Part shown: one piece after another, positions 63,201 to 64,000 of the stretch
Position numbering within the stretch: the stretch's first letter is position 1
Layout of the letters: each line of letters starts with the position of its first letter
Assembly (NCBI GenBank): GCA_002104905.1
Contig: MCFE01000038.1
Location: 1 to 64,000 of the forward strand
From: Basidiobolus meristosporus CBS 931.73
Taxonomy: Eukaryota; Fungi; Basidiobolomycota
Direction: 5' to 3'
Length of the DNA stretch: 64,000 bases
Translations under genes and position numbers: made by a program
The notes under the pieces: model-generated
Databases searched by the model: none
What the model saw: the letters and a program-made list of their open reading frames with translations, nothing else
Told to the model about the DNA's origin: nothing

Positions 63201-63851
63201 AATCCAAACATAGCTGAGTCATAGTCAATGGCAATCTTGATGGCTTCTCCAACAGTTGGGGTCTTCGATAATTCACTTCCTTGCAAGTTCTTTCTTTCAA
63301 CCCCTCAATAAGGTATTCCACTTGATCCAGAGGGTCCATTCCTTCAACTAGTCCAAGTCAACATCTATATTCATAGATGTGCTCTTGAACCATTGTTTTC
63401 TGTTTGAGTGTCTTTGACTTCTTAGTAGTGTCTGCTGGTGTAGAGGTTCAAAAGCATCCTGAATTTTCAACAAAAACTCATTCCAGGTAGAGATTGTAGA
63501 GCACCCCATCACAGTGGCTGACCTGATCTTGTTGTGGTACCACTGTAAAACTGCATCTGCCAGGTAAGAGGCTGAATAATGTAACTTGCACTCTGGAGCA
63601 ATTCCCTTGGCCTTGAAAGCTTCTCCAATCTGGAAGAGCCAAGTTCCCAGGTTTTCATTGACTCTACCATAGTACCAGTTGACCTTCACACTAATGTTGC
63701 TCTTGACAGGGTTTTGCTGGCTTTGGGCCATAGTAGTCATTCCTTGTTGCTGCTGGCTAAGGATCTGGAGTAACTATTACTGTTGGGCCAGGATCTGCTG
63801 CATAGCATTCTTCCATTCTTGATTCTTAGAGAACTTGAGGGAGGCTTTGTC
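60298..63851 (-). mobile_element. Degenerate Ty3/gypsy element: gag, PR, RT, RNase H, IN (3'-truncated)
   Basis: Gag WLFQIGEAF, protease IDSGA, RT PSKSPWGAPVLF, FRTRYG and IYLDDILIYS, RNase H TDASDYAIGGVL and YPVHEKELLAI, IN GHLG..WWPRM..CPSC, WQIDF, SDGG and YHPRTNG. The order PR-RT-RH-IN is gypsy-type. Many stops and frameshifts. Confidence 0.95.
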
Positions 63852-64000
63852 TGTTGAAATATTGGACTATTTGGTATCATTCAGCAACTAAAATTTACTT
63901 GACAATTCTGAACTAGTCTGGTTCACTGTGGGACTAATTTACAGTTCTAACTTTGGCACTTTCTTCAGATCTATGATCTTATGATTATTCCCTTGTAGTC
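63852..64000. mobile_element. Family-C LTR-like copy cutting the gypsy gag 5' region; runs off the window
   Basis: TGTTGAAATATTGGACTATTTGGTATCATTCAGC is identical to the start of 55227. Confidence 0.75.

Larger units (their letters stand above)
52700..64000. other. CpG-depleted nested-transposon island 2; runs off the window end
   Basis: About eleven CG found by eye in 11.3 kb. Only TE remnants are present. Confidence 0.9.

Noticed and set aside
1-64000. tRNA, rRNA, CRISPR arrays, prokaryotic operons
   Set aside because: No cloverleaf, rRNA-like or repeat-spacer pattern was seen by eye, and the genes are spliceosomal. tRNAscan-SE or Infernal would be needed to exclude small RNAs.

Overview
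This is eukaryotic, intron-rich fungal DNA with short (~45-70 nt) GT..CTAA(C/T)..YAG introns. The gene set and style suggest an early-diverging fungus (Zoopagomycota/Mucoromycota-like; inference only). The window alternates between two compartments. (1) Gene-bearing DNA with normal CpG content (1-26.4 kb and 38.1-52.7 kb) carries TYR1 prephenate dehydrogenase, an intronless Zn2Cys6 factor, a LAT/APC amino-acid permease, a 4-finger C2H2 factor, a Cdc25/MIH1 phosphatase, a degenerate-SH3 protein, a Pcl-type cyclin, a TPR + metallo-beta-lactamase fusion, an orphan gene, a UPF0658-like membrane protein and a SnoaL/NTF2-like protein. (2) Two almost CpG-free islands (~26.5-38.1 kb and ~52.7-64 kb) consist of nested, dead transposons: several copies of one CACTA/CMC-type DNA transposon with CCCTA termini plus a matching MITE, two Ty1/copia remnants, a Ty3/gypsy remnant and three LTR families, two of them with perfect 5-bp TSDs. 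The most notable items are the Cdc25 gene bracketed by 495-bp direct repeats at the edge of a silenced island, the sharp CpG-erasure domains, the head-to-head CMC element with its MITE, and the spliced TPR-MBL fusion. No rRNA, tRNA or CRISPR array was recognised. Exon boundaries and dinucleotide counts were read by eye and are approximate.
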